A DNA stretch of 44,545 nucleotides. Source: a virus (Duplodnaviria > Heunggongvirae > Uroviricota > Caudoviricetes). The position numbers were made by a program, and so were the translations under genes. Below are positions 17,238 through 27,734 of this stretch, one piece after another (the stretch's first letter is position 1; each line of letters starts with the position of its first letter). The stretch lies in IMG/VR virus record IMGVR_UViG_2737471829_000005. The stretch is one strand, 5' to 3'. Under the pieces are notes generated by a model. The model searched no databases, was not told the DNA's origin, and worked only from the letters and a program-made list of their open reading frames with translations.

Positions 17238-18239
17238 TTAATACCCATTAATTACTCTTCGGACATCAATCGAGGTGGTATAACCACTAGCCCCAATTGA
17301 ATGCACAGCTTTCGATATAAGATATTTTCCAGAAAATAAACCGAATCCGTCCAGATTTATAGTTACACCAGCTACCAATCTGGTGTCTCCAACCAATACT
17401 AAAGATCCGGTATTTTGATATCTATTTTTAAGCCGCAAAGCAGCCTTTGCCTTACGTTTTGCTTCATCTAAATTAGCTACCAGTTTTCTTATCTTAAGAT
17501 TCGACCCTTCTTCTACGGATGGATCTACCCAAGTATACGAAAGCGACTTTCTTTTTTTAGGTACGCGATATTTGCACGTGCAACTTTTATACAAATCTGT
17601 AGATTGTGTGCTAAAGCTATATCTGATTATCTCATCAATACCTAACGTAAGCGTAGCGATAGGATCTTTTTGCTCAAACATCTCTTGAGCAAATATTATT
17701 AATTGGCTATCAGTGACCTTTAACGACAACCCTTCATCCTGGCAAAGTCGATGGAGAAATTTTAAATCGCTTTCCTCCATTTGATCTTCACGCGCATAAT
17801 ATGGATTACTATCACCATCAATAAGAAACAACAGTTCAAGGTTAGCTAATTTAGCTATAGAAGTTGCTATATCTTTAAGAGTTGTTTTTTCCCATGCATT
17901 ACTTTTTAAATCACGTCTAATGCCTGATGAAACAGGAACAGAAACAGCAGTCACCTCAACAACAGAAGGTGGTCCAGAGCAAGTTATGCCATCCACCTGG
18001 AATTTCCCGCACTCAAGGACGATTTGATTTATAGGCTTAAAGCTCAAATCAATAAAATCACCCTTTTTAGGTGTCCAGTCTCCAGACCATTTCCCATCAT
18101 CATTTTTTAATATAATAGAAATATCATCGACCTGACCATCTTCATTATCTGTATAAGACATTGACAAAACATCAGGTGACATATGAGCGGTAATATTTAC
18201 ATTCTGATATATAACATCAAAAAGCGTTTTACGTAACAC
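17238..18239 (-). CDS. Tail protein, P2 gpD (late control D) family
   Basis: 333 aa; C-terminal GFGLFSGKYLISKAVHSIGASGYTT pattern. Confidence 0.7.
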   Translation of the reverse strand: MLRKTLFDVIYQNVNITAHMSPDVLSMSYTDNEDGQVDDISIILKNDDGKWSGDWTPKKGDFIDLSFKPINQIVLECGKFQVDGITCSGPPSVVEVTAVSVPVSSGIRRDLKSNAWEKTTLKDIATSIAKLANLELLFLIDGDSNPYYAREDQMEESDLKFLHRLCQDEGLSLKVTDSQLIIFAQEMFEQKDPIATLTLGIDEIIRYSFSTQSTDLYKSCTCKYRVPKKRKSLSYTWVDPSVEEGSNLKIRKLVANLDEAKRKAKAALRLKNRYQNTGSLVLVGDTRLVAGVTINLDGFGLFSGKYLISKAVHSIGASGYTTSIDVRRVINGY

Positions 18240-18447
18240 TATTGCGTCTCCACGGAGGCAAATTGTTTACTGATATTGGCATAACCGGAGCATCAGGAAC
18301 TTTAAGAATAATTCCCGCAGAAAAAAGCACCGTAAAGCGGTGCTCAGTATTAGCATCAATAAGAAGATAAGACAGGTACTCATTACCATACAACTTTAAC
18401 GCGATACTATCCCATGAGTCCCCTTGAACCGTTCTATAATCATCCAA
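18229..18447 (-). CDS. Tail protein X-like (LysM-like)
   Basis: 72 aa; between tape measure and gpD-like gene. Confidence 0.65.
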   Translation of the reverse strand: MDDYRTVQGDSWDSIALKLYGNEYLSYLLIDANTEHRFTVLFSAGIILKVPDAPVMPISVNNLPPWRRNSVT

Positions 18448-21232
18448 AACTTAATCTCCGTTGTTGGAACATATGAGCACTCAATTTCTTCTCAAAATCA
18501 GAATATCCCGCATCTAATGCTCTTTTAGCTGCCGCCTCAGTTTCCTTTGGTGAACCAGCCGGAAGATTGATTACAGGTGAATAGGTTATTCCACCAGTCA
18601 CAGCGTTAACGTTCTGGCGAGGTCCAGAAGTCCCGGCGGCAGATATCCCGTGAGGTGATAAATTTGATTGCCCGAACTTGGTTGCTATTGCATTCTGTAA
18701 GCTGTTATTCCTGCTAACACCTGATGCCAGAGTAGTCATTATTGCACCACCTGACTTTGTTAGCTGTGAGAATGGACCTTTTTTCGCGTCAGAGAACGGT
18801 AAATACTCACGTACAGAAGAAAAAACGCCTTTCACTTCATTAATTAAAGCATTTGCTTTTGATTTTATCCCAATGATTAACGTCTCAATTATTTTTGCAC
18901 CTGACTCACTCCAGTTTATTCCAGATAAATAAGCCGTTACAGATTGGAATGCTCTTATAAAGAGTCCAACTGGCGAAAAACGCATAAAAACAGATACCAG
19001 TGTATCTATGATTTTCTTTCCTGTTTCGCTCCAGTTAATGCCAGAAAGGTAATTTGTTGTAAGTTTAAATGCTTTAATTAAGAACGGAAGCGGAGACATC
19101 CATTTAAAAGCACTAATTAATGTACTGTAAATTCTTACTCCTGCCGAACTCCAGTTTATGTTGGAAAGATAATCCCATGCTTTACCAAATATAGATATAA
19201 TCCATCCATTGAGATCAAAGTTTAAGATAAAGTTTTTTATAGTCTCAAACGATTTAACTGTATATTCCTTAACAGAAGGCCAAACTCTGACAGCATAATC
19301 TCTGATCTTATCCCAGTTCTGATAGAGCAATATTCCTGCGGCAACCAGCGCAGATATAGCCATCTGAATCCACCCGAAGGGTGTTAGCTTTGTCGCTACA
19401 GATAAAGCCAGCATAGCTACCCTACACGCTATAACCACACTTTTCATGGTTAGAAACGCACCTGCCGCCATCACTATCTGAGACACAAAATTGGGGTTGT
19501 TAGCTACAAATTCACTAATTTTTGTAATCAGCGGAACCAAAACACTAAGCGCGGCATTCAAAGCAGGTTGCAAGGCCTGACCAAAACTTAATGATGCATT
19601 GCTAGCCTGAATACGTAATTGTTTCAATCGCTCCGCATTATCTTTCGTTATGTTGGCAAAATCGCGGTCAATAACAGCACTTCCAGCTCCAAGAGATGTT
19701 GCTTTGATTCTCTGGTATTCCTTCCAGTTTTGAATCATCGGACGAACAAAGTTCTGAACCTGCATATCGCCAAATAGTTCACCAAGTAACTTCTGATCTC
19801 CGTTCTTAGTCATTTTCATGACAGAATGCATTGCAGCTTCGAATGGATTCTTCCCTTTTTTCTGCGCTGTTGTGACAATTTTATATAAATCTACACCGAA
19901 ATTTTTCTTTGCTTTTTTTAGTGTTTCAGGGGAAAGTATTTTTGCCAAAAAGTTGTTCATATTATTAGCAGCCTCATCCGAAGTTGCAGCACCTTTGCGA
20001 GCTATCTGCAAAGCTGCCCCCATCGTCGCGGCGGCTTCTTTACCTCCCATTTTTAATGCCTGGAACTGAGCACCAAGCACAGGAAGATTTTTGGCCATAT
20101 CTTTAAATTCAAAGTTTCCCTCTTTCCCTGCCTGAACCAGAATCCCCATTGCAGACTTCATTTGAGATGGATCAATCTTCAATGAGTCACTTAATGTAAA
20201 TGATGCTTTCGAGACATCGAGGATATCAGAGCCAGTAGCTGTAGCTGTTCGCCCAATAGTTAGTAGATTCGCCTGAGCCTCTTTATAATCCTGCCCAGCA
20301 GCGACGAGAAAACCCTGAGCGGCCTGAATATCAGATGCAAACTGGTTGGTGGCCGTTCCGGTAACAAGCATCGCCTGCCCCATCGCCTGAACTTCTTCCG
20401 GCTTCATATCTGCCGTAAGACCAATCATTTTGTTTTCACGATTGAAATTTGCTGCATTGTTAGCAGCAGCAAATGCACCAGCCGCTACAGCACCAGTTTG
20501 TAATCCTGACCTTACAAGTTGACTCTTTGCCTCACCAAGATGCTCTCGCTTCAATTCACGCTGCCTTTCCAACGCGCGGTTTAACTCCTCCTGAGCACGT
20601 TTTACTGCAAGAACATTTTTCCGTGCTTCAGCCAACGCATTTTTATAACTGTTAATTTTATCAATACGTTGTTTTTCTAATGCCCGGTTAAGTTCCTCCT
20701 GCTGTTTTTTCACTTGCTGAACATTTGCTCTGGCTAAAGCCAAAGCCGTTCTGTAGCGGTTAACCTGCTCAACGCTACGGGCCTGAGCCTCACGATTACG
20801 ATCAATGCTTGCTTTAAGCTCTTTCTCTCTTGAGGCCAAAGCTCTGGCAGATGTATCAGCTCCCTGATACGCAGACTTTAAAGCGGCCAGTTCTTCACGC
20901 TGAGAACGTAGTGATGCTCGTAAATTTGATGAATGTGTTTTTGCCTTCTCAAAGTCACGAAGCATCGCTCTGGTTGGATTGGCCGTGTTTTTTATTTGCT
21001 TCTGTAACTCTTCAACGCGAGCGGCAGCTTTATGATATTCGAGGGCAGTCTGTCCAACCTTTACTTTTACAGATTGTAGCTTTTGAATTTCCCCATGTTC
21101 TTTCGTTAATCCAGCAAGCTCGGCATTTAATTTAGCAACAGCCTGATTAGCTGTAGTAAAACTTTTGGGGAGAGAGGCGGCAACTTTGCCGCCAATTTCA
21201 AAAGCCAGCTTAAAGTTCTTATTGCTGGCCAT
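18440..21232 (-). CDS. Tail tape measure protein
   Basis: 930 aa; coiled-coil-rich N-terminal half and hydrophobic segments; follows the frameshifted chaperone pair. Confidence 0.85.
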   Translation of the reverse strand: MASNKNFKLAFEIGGKVAASLPKSFTTANQAVAKLNAELAGLTKEHGEIQKLQSVKVKVGQTALEYHKAAARVEELQKQIKNTANPTRAMLRDFEKAKTHSSNLRASLRSQREELAALKSAYQGADTSARALASREKELKASIDRNREAQARSVEQVNRYRTALALARANVQQVKKQQEELNRALEKQRIDKINSYKNALAEARKNVLAVKRAQEELNRALERQRELKREHLGEAKSQLVRSGLQTGAVAAGAFAAANNAANFNRENKMIGLTADMKPEEVQAMGQAMLVTGTATNQFASDIQAAQGFLVAAGQDYKEAQANLLTIGRTATATGSDILDVSKASFTLSDSLKIDPSQMKSAMGILVQAGKEGNFEFKDMAKNLPVLGAQFQALKMGGKEAAATMGAALQIARKGAATSDEAANNMNNFLAKILSPETLKKAKKNFGVDLYKIVTTAQKKGKNPFEAAMHSVMKMTKNGDQKLLGELFGDMQVQNFVRPMIQNWKEYQRIKATSLGAGSAVIDRDFANITKDNAERLKQLRIQASNASLSFGQALQPALNAALSVLVPLITKISEFVANNPNFVSQIVMAAGAFLTMKSVVIACRVAMLALSVATKLTPFGWIQMAISALVAAGILLYQNWDKIRDYAVRVWPSVKEYTVKSFETIKNFILNFDLNGWIISIFGKAWDYLSNINWSSAGVRIYSTLISAFKWMSPLPFLIKAFKLTTNYLSGINWSETGKKIIDTLVSVFMRFSPVGLFIRAFQSVTAYLSGINWSESGAKIIETLIIGIKSKANALINEVKGVFSSVREYLPFSDAKKGPFSQLTKSGGAIMTTLASGVSRNNSLQNAIATKFGQSNLSPHGISAAGTSGPRQNVNAVTGGITYSPVINLPAGSPKETEAAAKRALDAGYSDFEKKLSAHMFQQRRLSFG

Positions 21233-21237
21233 TAGTA

Positions 21238-21420
21238 TTAATCCTCATTAAACACATCAATCCATGCGACGATTCGCCTCAACCGAAGCGAAAGCCAGTA
21301 GGATATAGGTGTTGATTGAGATGATTGAGATAGAGAACTCGCGGCCCTCATTATTTGCTTATCAATAGGTTTTTGCTCATCAAAACCTACGAGAGCAAAA
21401 AATTCTGTACCTTTTGACAA
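21238..21420 (-). CDS. Tail assembly chaperone extension (E' part of a predicted E+E' frameshift product)
   Basis: ORF in the -1 frame overlapping the 3' end of the gpE-like gene; slippery T TTT TTG at 21396-21402. Confidence 0.55.
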   Translation of the reverse strand: MSKGTEFFALVGFDEQKPIDKQIMRAASSLSQSSQSTPISYWLSLRLRRIVAWIDVFNED

Positions 21421-21668
21421 ACTTTAACAAAGTCTTTCGCTGGCAATCCATTCAGATACTCTATTGGACGGCCAATACAGCGAGCAGCCAAGGCTGCATG
21501 GACTTTATTATCAAGTGATGTTTGAACTGAAACATGCCCTTGAGATTGCAGTAAGTCCGATACCTCTAAAATATCACTGCCTTTTAGGTTGTCTAAATCA
21601 AGGTTGAGTTCAGTCACCGGCTCAAAGTCTTCAAAACGATATTCTTTACTTAATTTAACGGTTTCCAT
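21387..21668 (-). CDS. Tail assembly chaperone (P2 gpE-like)
   Basis: 93 aa; acidic; just upstream of the tape measure gene. Confidence 0.7.
   Translation of the reverse strand: METVKLSKEYRFEDFEPVTELNLDLDNLKGSDILEVSDLLQSQGHVSVQTSLDNKVHAALAARCIGRPIEYLNGLPAKDFVKVCQKVQNFLLS
21396..21402 (-). other. Predicted -1 programmed frameshift slippery heptamer (T TTT TTG on minus)
   Basis: Heptamer in the 34-nt overlap between the gpE-like ORF and the downstream -1-frame ORF. Confidence 0.5.
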
Positions 21669-21677
21669 TTTGTCACC

Positions 21678-22199
21678 TTATAAACCTAAATCATCACGAA
21701 CGCTTTTTAATATATCTTCACCATCAAAGATACAAATAAAGTTCAACTTATCAATTTCCAAGACTTCTTTTCCATCAATAAATAATTTGATATAGAGAAC
21801 TTCAAATTCATTCTCTGAATCAGTAGCCTTTGCCACCTGTAGCGAACCTAAATCCAGTTTTTTAGGGTTTAGCTTCATTGAAGCCCGAATAGGAACCGTT
21901 TTATATTTTCCTGTTCCTGCATCATAAACCTGCTGGCTACCGCGAAAATCTACCTGATGAGATGAGGATAGAAATAATTTTGTACCAGCAGAGGTCAGAG
22001 TTCGCCATTTAAGAGAGACGGTCATTGGTTTGAAATGCCCCAGCGTTCCGCTCTCAAGCTCTCCAGCGATACCTGCACCACTAACTGTCTCTGTCATCAT
22101 CTCAATTGATGGCAGCTTTGCGTCAGCAACACCGATAATACGGTTTCCTTCACCGTATACTGTAAAGTTAATAAGTCTCTCAGGAATTTGATTGCTCAA
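21678..22199 (-). CDS. Tail tube protein
   Basis: 173 aa, directly downstream of the sheath gene. Confidence 0.7.
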   Translation of the reverse strand: MSNQIPERLINFTVYGEGNRIIGVADAKLPSIEMMTETVSGAGIAGELESGTLGHFKPMTVSLKWRTLTSAGTKLFLSSSHQVDFRGSQQVYDAGTGKYKTVPIRASMKLNPKKLDLGSLQVAKATDSENEFEVLYIKLFIDGKEVLEIDKLNFICIFDGEDILKSVRDDLGL

Positions 22200-22215
22200 A
22201 GCAACCTCCTATTAT

Positions 22216-23679
22216 TTATTCAGAAAACAAGTTCAGCAGATAATCAGGATTATATTCCATGACGAACTCTATATCTCTGGCAGGTGAGAATGGTGTCATT
22301 TTCACATGGAATTTAACAATCCCGTCCATCAATGACGTAATCGTGTTTTCAGACTGATCAAAGGTAACAACACCACCTGCAATATCCTGATTACCTGTGA
22401 GGCCGTTAAGCCAAATATTCGCACTAGTAACAATCGATTCAATTAATCGACGGTTTGCAGGATTGTCTATTTTTGACCAATGCGAAAGAATTAACGTATT
22501 ACCCACCCAGTTAAACATACGTCGGCAAACACGAAATGCGTCTTTGGGGTCTGTAGATGTTGGATAAATAGCATTACGGTTTCCCCATGATTTCCAACCA
22601 TCAAAATTAAGGCTTGTTACAATCCCCTGTCCATTTAAGTAGTTTGCCTGGCTAATGTTAAGCCATACCTCACTGCCATCTTTACGTACAGCACCGTCCA
22701 TCTGTAGTTTTATATTTGACGGAGAACGTGATGGAATATCACCATACTGACTATCCAGCAAGCATGTTGCGGCCGCTAAATGGGTTGAGTGATGGTAAAT
22801 ATTGTCACCAAGTTTCACCATCGGCCAGCACACTGTCTGGTTAGCTGCCATATGATTATTGTTCTGCTTCCATTCAGGAACAGCAGAATAATCACTGATA
22901 GTAGATTTATCAGTCGGCGCATCGGTGATAGCTTCTGCTTTGAACAATTCACTAATCAGCGCAGCTTTAGCCGCCATTAGCTGGCCAACTTCACTATCAG
23001 AACTAAATCCAGGCGCAATCACTTGTCCTGGAACTAGTTTGAAGCGGGGATAAACATCCGACAGTAACTCAAGCCCCGTATTCGCTTTAGTGTTGGAATC
23101 CACACCACCAATAATATCGTTTTTAGTTACAGCCCCGGGATCAAGATGCGTATAACTAACCTTAAGAGTGGCGTCTTTTTCAGTAATTTTTCCTCCGCTA
23201 ATAGCGGTAATGACCGTATAGCCATTATCATCCAGCGCCAGTACATAATCTGTATCAACCGTTAACCCTGGAGAATCACCATCTGCTTTTTTCACAACAA
23301 CAGATTTATATAAGACACCATCGTTAGAGAGCGTACCTTTCCCGCCAGAAAGTTTTACTACCTCATCAGTTACGTCTTTCTTATGCTTTGCTGGATCAAG
23401 CACATTGATAAATACAACTGGCGCAATACCATATATTCCAAATGCGACTTTAATTACTTCGCTTAAAGTATATTTCTCGAAGTTTGTGCTATATCCTATT
23501 TTAGATACGGCCTCTGCGTATGTATAAGCAATGATAGGTTTATTTACCGCTGAGGCTGGATCTTCTAACTGATTAACAGGAGCTGTACCAAATGCGACAA
23601 TCAACCCAGCACTAACTTGTACTGGAGGAGTTATAGATGTAGCCAGCTCAGATATATAAATACCGTGGCGATATCCCAT
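22216..23679 (-). CDS. Contractile tail sheath protein
   Basis: 487 aa; size and position; N-terminus MGYRHGIYISE typical of sheath proteins. Confidence 0.85.
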   Translation of the reverse strand: MGYRHGIYISELATSITPPVQVSAGLIVAFGTAPVNQLEDPASAVNKPIIAYTYAEAVSKIGYSTNFEKYTLSEVIKVAFGIYGIAPVVFINVLDPAKHKKDVTDEVVKLSGGKGTLSNDGVLYKSVVVKKADGDSPGLTVDTDYVLALDDNGYTVITAISGGKITEKDATLKVSYTHLDPGAVTKNDIIGGVDSNTKANTGLELLSDVYPRFKLVPGQVIAPGFSSDSEVGQLMAAKAALISELFKAEAITDAPTDKSTISDYSAVPEWKQNNNHMAANQTVCWPMVKLGDNIYHHSTHLAAATCLLDSQYGDIPSRSPSNIKLQMDGAVRKDGSEVWLNISQANYLNGQGIVTSLNFDGWKSWGNRNAIYPTSTDPKDAFRVCRRMFNWVGNTLILSHWSKIDNPANRRLIESIVTSANIWLNGLTGNQDIAGGVVTFDQSENTITSLMDGIVKFHVKMTPFSPARDIEFVMEYNPDYLLNLFSE

Positions 23680-23969
23680 TATTTAATCTCCATGATAGAA
23701 GAAGAAACTCTAGAGTACATTACATACTCGACACTGGTTTTATCAGAAAGTCTTTTTGCTGCATCTGCAAAATCACTGGTTGCCACAAACAAACACTTTG
23801 CACCAGGAATATGTGATATTAATTTTTTACACTCTGGAGATAAGCCATTCTTAAATAGTTTATGCTTCAAAATTGAGAGTTGAGGGATTGTTGGTCCTAT
23901 ATATACAAATGTTTGAGCAACATCTTCCTTCTTTTCTATATCTTCTTTACTACTTTTCTTATTAGCCAT
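23679..23969 (-). CDS. Hypothetical protein between head and tail modules
   Basis: 96-aa ORF, coupled. Confidence 0.45.
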   Translation of the reverse strand: MANKKSSKEDIEKKEDVAQTFVYIGPTIPQLSILKHKLFKNGLSPECKKLISHIPGAKCLFVATSDFADAAKRLSDKTSVEYVMYSRVSSSIMEIK

Positions 23970-24455
23970 TTAGATAAACTCCTGAGACTGAATATTCTGA
24001 GGCTTTAATACTAGCCACGTTCCAGTTGCTTCCGTTATCCAATATGGATATGGTTGATCATCAAACATTCGCCATCTGATATCACCCTGAAAGAGAAATT
24101 TCTCTTCAAGTAAAGGCTTCTCCTGAAAATGAAACATCATCCTTTCAAGAAGAGCCATTACCCATTCATATCCAGTATGGTCCTCACAAAAACCACCTAG
24201 AAGAAACTTAACCTTAACTTCATCCGTTTCAGGCTGCATTCCTCCTTCCGTGGGCCTGATAATCACATGAGGAAATTCTGGCGGTTTATCTGGAGATGGT
24301 TGTGATTTAGGAGGCAAGTACCCTTTAAATATTGTTGGAACAAACAATTTAATATCGCTGTCTGTTTCATCATAAGGAGGCCCCTGCACTAATAAATCAT
24401 GGAAAACCTCATGTTCCAACCGATTTTTTATTGCATCTATCAAAAGATTAATCAA
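23970..24455 (-). CDS. Hypothetical structural protein (possible tail completion or neck)
   Basis: 161-aa ORF in structural operon. Confidence 0.5.
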   Translation of the reverse strand: MINLLIDAIKNRLEHEVFHDLLVQGPPYDETDSDIKLFVPTIFKGYLPPKSQPSPDKPPEFPHVIIRPTEGGMQPETDEVKVKFLLGGFCEDHTGYEWVMALLERMMFHFQEKPLLEEKFLFQGDIRWRMFDDQPYPYWITEATGTWLVLKPQNIQSQEFI

Positions 24456-24796
24456 ATCGGCATTCCTCTGTTAGTATTAACAGTGAGAGTTATTTCCAAT
24501 ACACCAACATTATCTGATACTTCATCAACAATATAATTTTTACCGTTGATTTTCATTGACTGGTCTTTGACAGGGAGAACAGGAAAATCTTTTCTTGAAA
24601 CAAATAATATTATTTGCCCCTGATTTATTCCCTCTGCAAACTCAGCATATGAGCGTTTATTCCGCTCATGAATAAGGTCTGTATCAATAACGGCAAGGAT
24701 ATCCTTGCCGTCTATGTTATATGTATCGGCAAACTCTTTTTCATTGAGGAATATTGCAGAAATGTCTTGCGCTATAACCTCTTTGAAGGAGTTCAT
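24452..24796 (-). CDS. Hypothetical structural protein (possible head-tail connector)
   Basis: 114-aa ORF, coupled. Confidence 0.5.
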   Translation of the reverse strand: MNSFKEVIAQDISAIFLNEKEFADTYNIDGKDILAVIDTDLIHERNKRSYAEFAEGINQGQIILFVSRKDFPVLPVKDQSMKINGKNYIVDEVSDNVGVLEITLTVNTNRGMPI

Positions 24797-25188
24797 TACT
24801 TCTTATTACCTTTTTTTTGCGTTGATTTTTTCGCATTACTGGTATCAGAAGTAGCTACAGATTCAGATGAATCATCAGCAACCATTTCCTCATTGCCGCC
24901 ATCATCCTCAAACTCAACCTCGAATACACAGCTACCCGCCTCCGTTCGCGTAATCAACCCCGCGTCCACAGCATCATTAACAGCAGATGCGTATCCATGC
25001 TCAAAAGCTAACTTAGCAGCATCATAGCCCCCAGCCGATGCCAAATCACCATCCTCTTTGGTGGCAATAGCATGTCCTGACGCAATCAGTTCGGCAATTC
25101 TGGAGTTATCCATTAGCCCATTAAGCAAACGGCCCGCTTTTAGCGAGCCGTGGCTTATCGTATCAATGTTTTTAATCAGTCTGGCCAT
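24796..25188 (-). CDS. Hypothetical structural protein with acidic C-terminus
   Basis: 130-aa ORF just downstream of the capsid gene. Confidence 0.5.
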   Translation of the reverse strand: MARLIKNIDTISHGSLKAGRLLNGLMDNSRIAELIASGHAIATKEDGDLASAGGYDAAKLAFEHGYASAVNDAVDAGLITRTEAGSCVFEVEFEDDGGNEEMVADDSSESVATSDTSNAKKSTQKKGNKK

Positions 25189-26232
25189 TTAAACCACCTT
25201 AGCCACCAGATAGGCATCAGCCACACCAGGATTAGGCAGTGGAGATGACTTCATGGCAACATAACGGCCAGCCGGCTTACGAGTTACCCAAGTGTCTGGA
25301 ACTCGTGGTGACTCAACAATCGTTAGAGTCTTTTCGGCGTCATCTACAAGCTCTACAGCACCATACAGCATCGTTCCTCGACCAGGAGAGCCAAAGAGGA
25401 TCTTATCTTCCGGTACTAATGGTTCAGGTTTTCCTGTTTTATCATTGCGAATAAGTTCGTCGTAACCATAAAAATCGACACCTTCAAGATTGCCATAATG
25501 AGTTACGCCTTCTTCTAACTCTTTAGGCTCAATATACCCAAGCTCTTTTCGGCGATTATCAAGATATTTAGTTACTGCTTCATTTTTAACGAAGGCATCA
25601 ACAACTTTTGCGCCCATTACGGCAACACGAGGTGTAAAACCTGAAGTTAGTGATACCCGACGTTTCCAGTTGCGAACATTGACCAACGGATCTGATTTTG
25701 CTGCACTCCATAAATCATCACCTGTCAGCTCAAGATATGGTTTATCTCCTTCCTCTTCAGGCCAAAAATAAACTGTGTCATCCACTCCTTCACCAACAAT
25801 ATCAACCTGCCCCGTAAACAAGACTTGTGCACACATCCATTCTTCACGGCGGTTAACCATTTCATCAAGCTCAAGCAAATCTTTACCTAATTGCTCGGCG
25901 GCTCGTTCTTCTGGCGATTTTGCGTTGTAAATATTCTCACCCGGAAGCCTGTTTAAAAGCAGCTCTGCTGTTGTTACCAAATCAGGTGCAACAAGCGGCG
26001 GCTCCAGAGTTCTCGTTACAAAGCCGCGTCGCTCAACGGTTTTTGAACCAAAACCTTTACCAACAAACGGAGCCATAGTACGGCCACCGCGAACAAAATC
26101 CAGATCAACTTTCTTTGTATTAAAGGTCTGAACACCAGGAAAAAAGGTACGAAGAAGAAAACGACGAGCCTTGAAATTCTGAATAACAGGCTCAAGCATC
26201 GTACGTCGTTCAAAAATATCAATATTCGGCAT
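25189..26232 (-). CDS. Major capsid protein, lambda gpE-like family
   Basis: 347 aa; FLLRTFF and other blocks resemble lambda E; position after protease and decoration genes. Confidence 0.85.
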   Translation of the reverse strand: MPNIDIFERRTMLEPVIQNFKARRFLLRTFFPGVQTFNTKKVDLDFVRGGRTMAPFVGKGFGSKTVERRGFVTRTLEPPLVAPDLVTTAELLLNRLPGENIYNAKSPEERAAEQLGKDLLELDEMVNRREEWMCAQVLFTGQVDIVGEGVDDTVYFWPEEEGDKPYLELTGDDLWSAAKSDPLVNVRNWKRRVSLTSGFTPRVAVMGAKVVDAFVKNEAVTKYLDNRRKELGYIEPKELEEGVTHYGNLEGVDFYGYDELIRNDKTGKPEPLVPEDKILFGSPGRGTMLYGAVELVDDAEKTLTIVESPRVPDTWVTRKPAGRYVAMKSSPLPNPGVADAYLVAKVV

Positions 26233-26252
26233 AAAAATACGACCTCTTTATA

Positions 26253-26636
26253 TTATGCAGATGGATTTTGTTGTGCGGTATTAAGGAATATTCCAACCTT
26301 CCGGCAAGCCAGATATACATCGGCAACTTTTGCTGATTCAGGAAGTATAACCGCATGTGCATTGAACATTCCGGTCAGCCATGCTGTTCCGACTTGCGCT
26401 GAATCAGTCGCATCAATATTGTGTTGAGCGATACAATACGGTTCTTTTGCCTCCCCTTCACCAGAGAGATTTATTGGCGCCACAGTGACAACATTTGTTG
26501 TCTGATCAATACTGACAAAAGCAAGTAACTCACCCCGTTTTACTTTACCGCTGGCAAGTTTAATACTTGTTGGAATTGCTGGCATACCACCAGAAATAAT
26601 CAGATTATCTGGTTCAAATGAAAAAGACTCTCGCAT
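26253..26636 (-). CDS. Head decoration protein (gpD-like)
   Basis: 127 aa between protease and capsid genes. Confidence 0.6.
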   Translation of the reverse strand: MRESFSFEPDNLIISGGMPAIPTSIKLASGKVKRGELLAFVSIDQTTNVVTVAPINLSGEGEAKEPYCIAQHNIDATDSAQVGTAWLTGMFNAHAVILPESAKVADVYLACRKVGIFLNTAQQNPSA

Positions 26637-26645
26637 AAACTCACC

Positions 26646-27734
26646 TTAATTTTTATCGCGGTTTTTAAATACTGACCCAATAACATTTTTTACTGCTTCA
26701 GCCTGTTTGTTACCGTTGTTTTCTGGTTGATTAACATCAACTGAATCATTCACCTCACTTGCGTCTTCTTGCCGTTGATTAAGAAAGTTTTTGTTACGCG
26801 CTCGCTCTGCATTCATAATTTCCAAAGCAAGTTCAGCCGCAGAAACTCCTGTTTTGAATTTTGCATTCTTAACCAGGTCGTCATGACCAGGAATCACGCT
26901 ATTCTCGATTGTTTCAATGCGCTCGCGTTCTGATTTAACGCCCTCGTCTTTACCAGCATTAAAAACCTGATTGTATAATTCTGGATATTTATTTTTTAAT
27001 TCATCAAGAGTCACAATATCGTCCTCATTTTGTTCATTTGATTCAGTAGATAACTCATTTTTATTTTGCGGCAACTTTGCGAGTGAATCAGGTAATTTTG
27101 AAAACCTTGATGCTTCAAAAGTTATTCCATTAAGAGAAAGCATCCCTTCTTTTATAGAAGCGGATAAGCGTATTGGTTTTTCAACTTCGTCAGCAAATCC
27201 AAGCTCTACAGCCTCTTCTGCATTTAGCCATGTTTCCTGATCCATTAGTTCAATTAATTTATCCTCAGAAAGCCCTGTTTTCTCCTTATATGCAGATAAA
27301 ATACTATTGCGTATCTTATCCATCATCTCAGCAATATCACGCAATTCATCCGCATCGCCAGCAGCAAATGTCCACGGATTATGGATCATCATCATAGCAT
27401 TAGATGGGATAATAATTTTATCACCCGCCATTGCAATAATAGTTGCAGCCGATGCAGCAATCCCGTCGATATAAACCGTAATATTCGCCTTATGACGCTT
27501 TAATGATGAAAGAATAGCTTGAGCAGTAAAAACAGAACCACCATAACTATTAATTTTTACGTTGATAGTATTTGATGAAATATCATTTAATTTATTAACT
27601 ATGTCAGAAGAAGAAACCTCATCAAATTCACCAATATACCCGTAAATTAAAAGTTCAGCCGGAGAGTCATCTTCACCCGTGCTATTTTTTATTTCCCACC
27701 AATTAGGCATCATCAGTCTCCATATTTTGTTCAT
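26646..27734 (-). CDS. Head maturation protease / scaffold (S49/ClpP-like, lambda gpC-like)
   Basis: 362 aa; ClpP/SppA-like core GGSVFTAQAI...IDGIAASAATIIAMAGD. Confidence 0.8.
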   Translation of the reverse strand: MNKIWRLMMPNWWEIKNSTGEDDSPAELLIYGYIGEFDEVSSSDIVNKLNDISSNTINVKINSYGGSVFTAQAILSSLKRHKANITVYIDGIAASAATIIAMAGDKIIIPSNAMMMIHNPWTFAAGDADELRDIAEMMDKIRNSILSAYKEKTGLSEDKLIELMDQETWLNAEEAVELGFADEVEKPIRLSASIKEGMLSLNGITFEASRFSKLPDSLAKLPQNKNELSTESNEQNEDDIVTLDELKNKYPELYNQVFNAGKDEGVKSERERIETIENSVIPGHDDLVKNAKFKTGVSAAELALEIMNAERARNKNFLNQRQEDASEVNDSVDVNQPENNGNKQAEAVKNVIGSVFKNRDKN

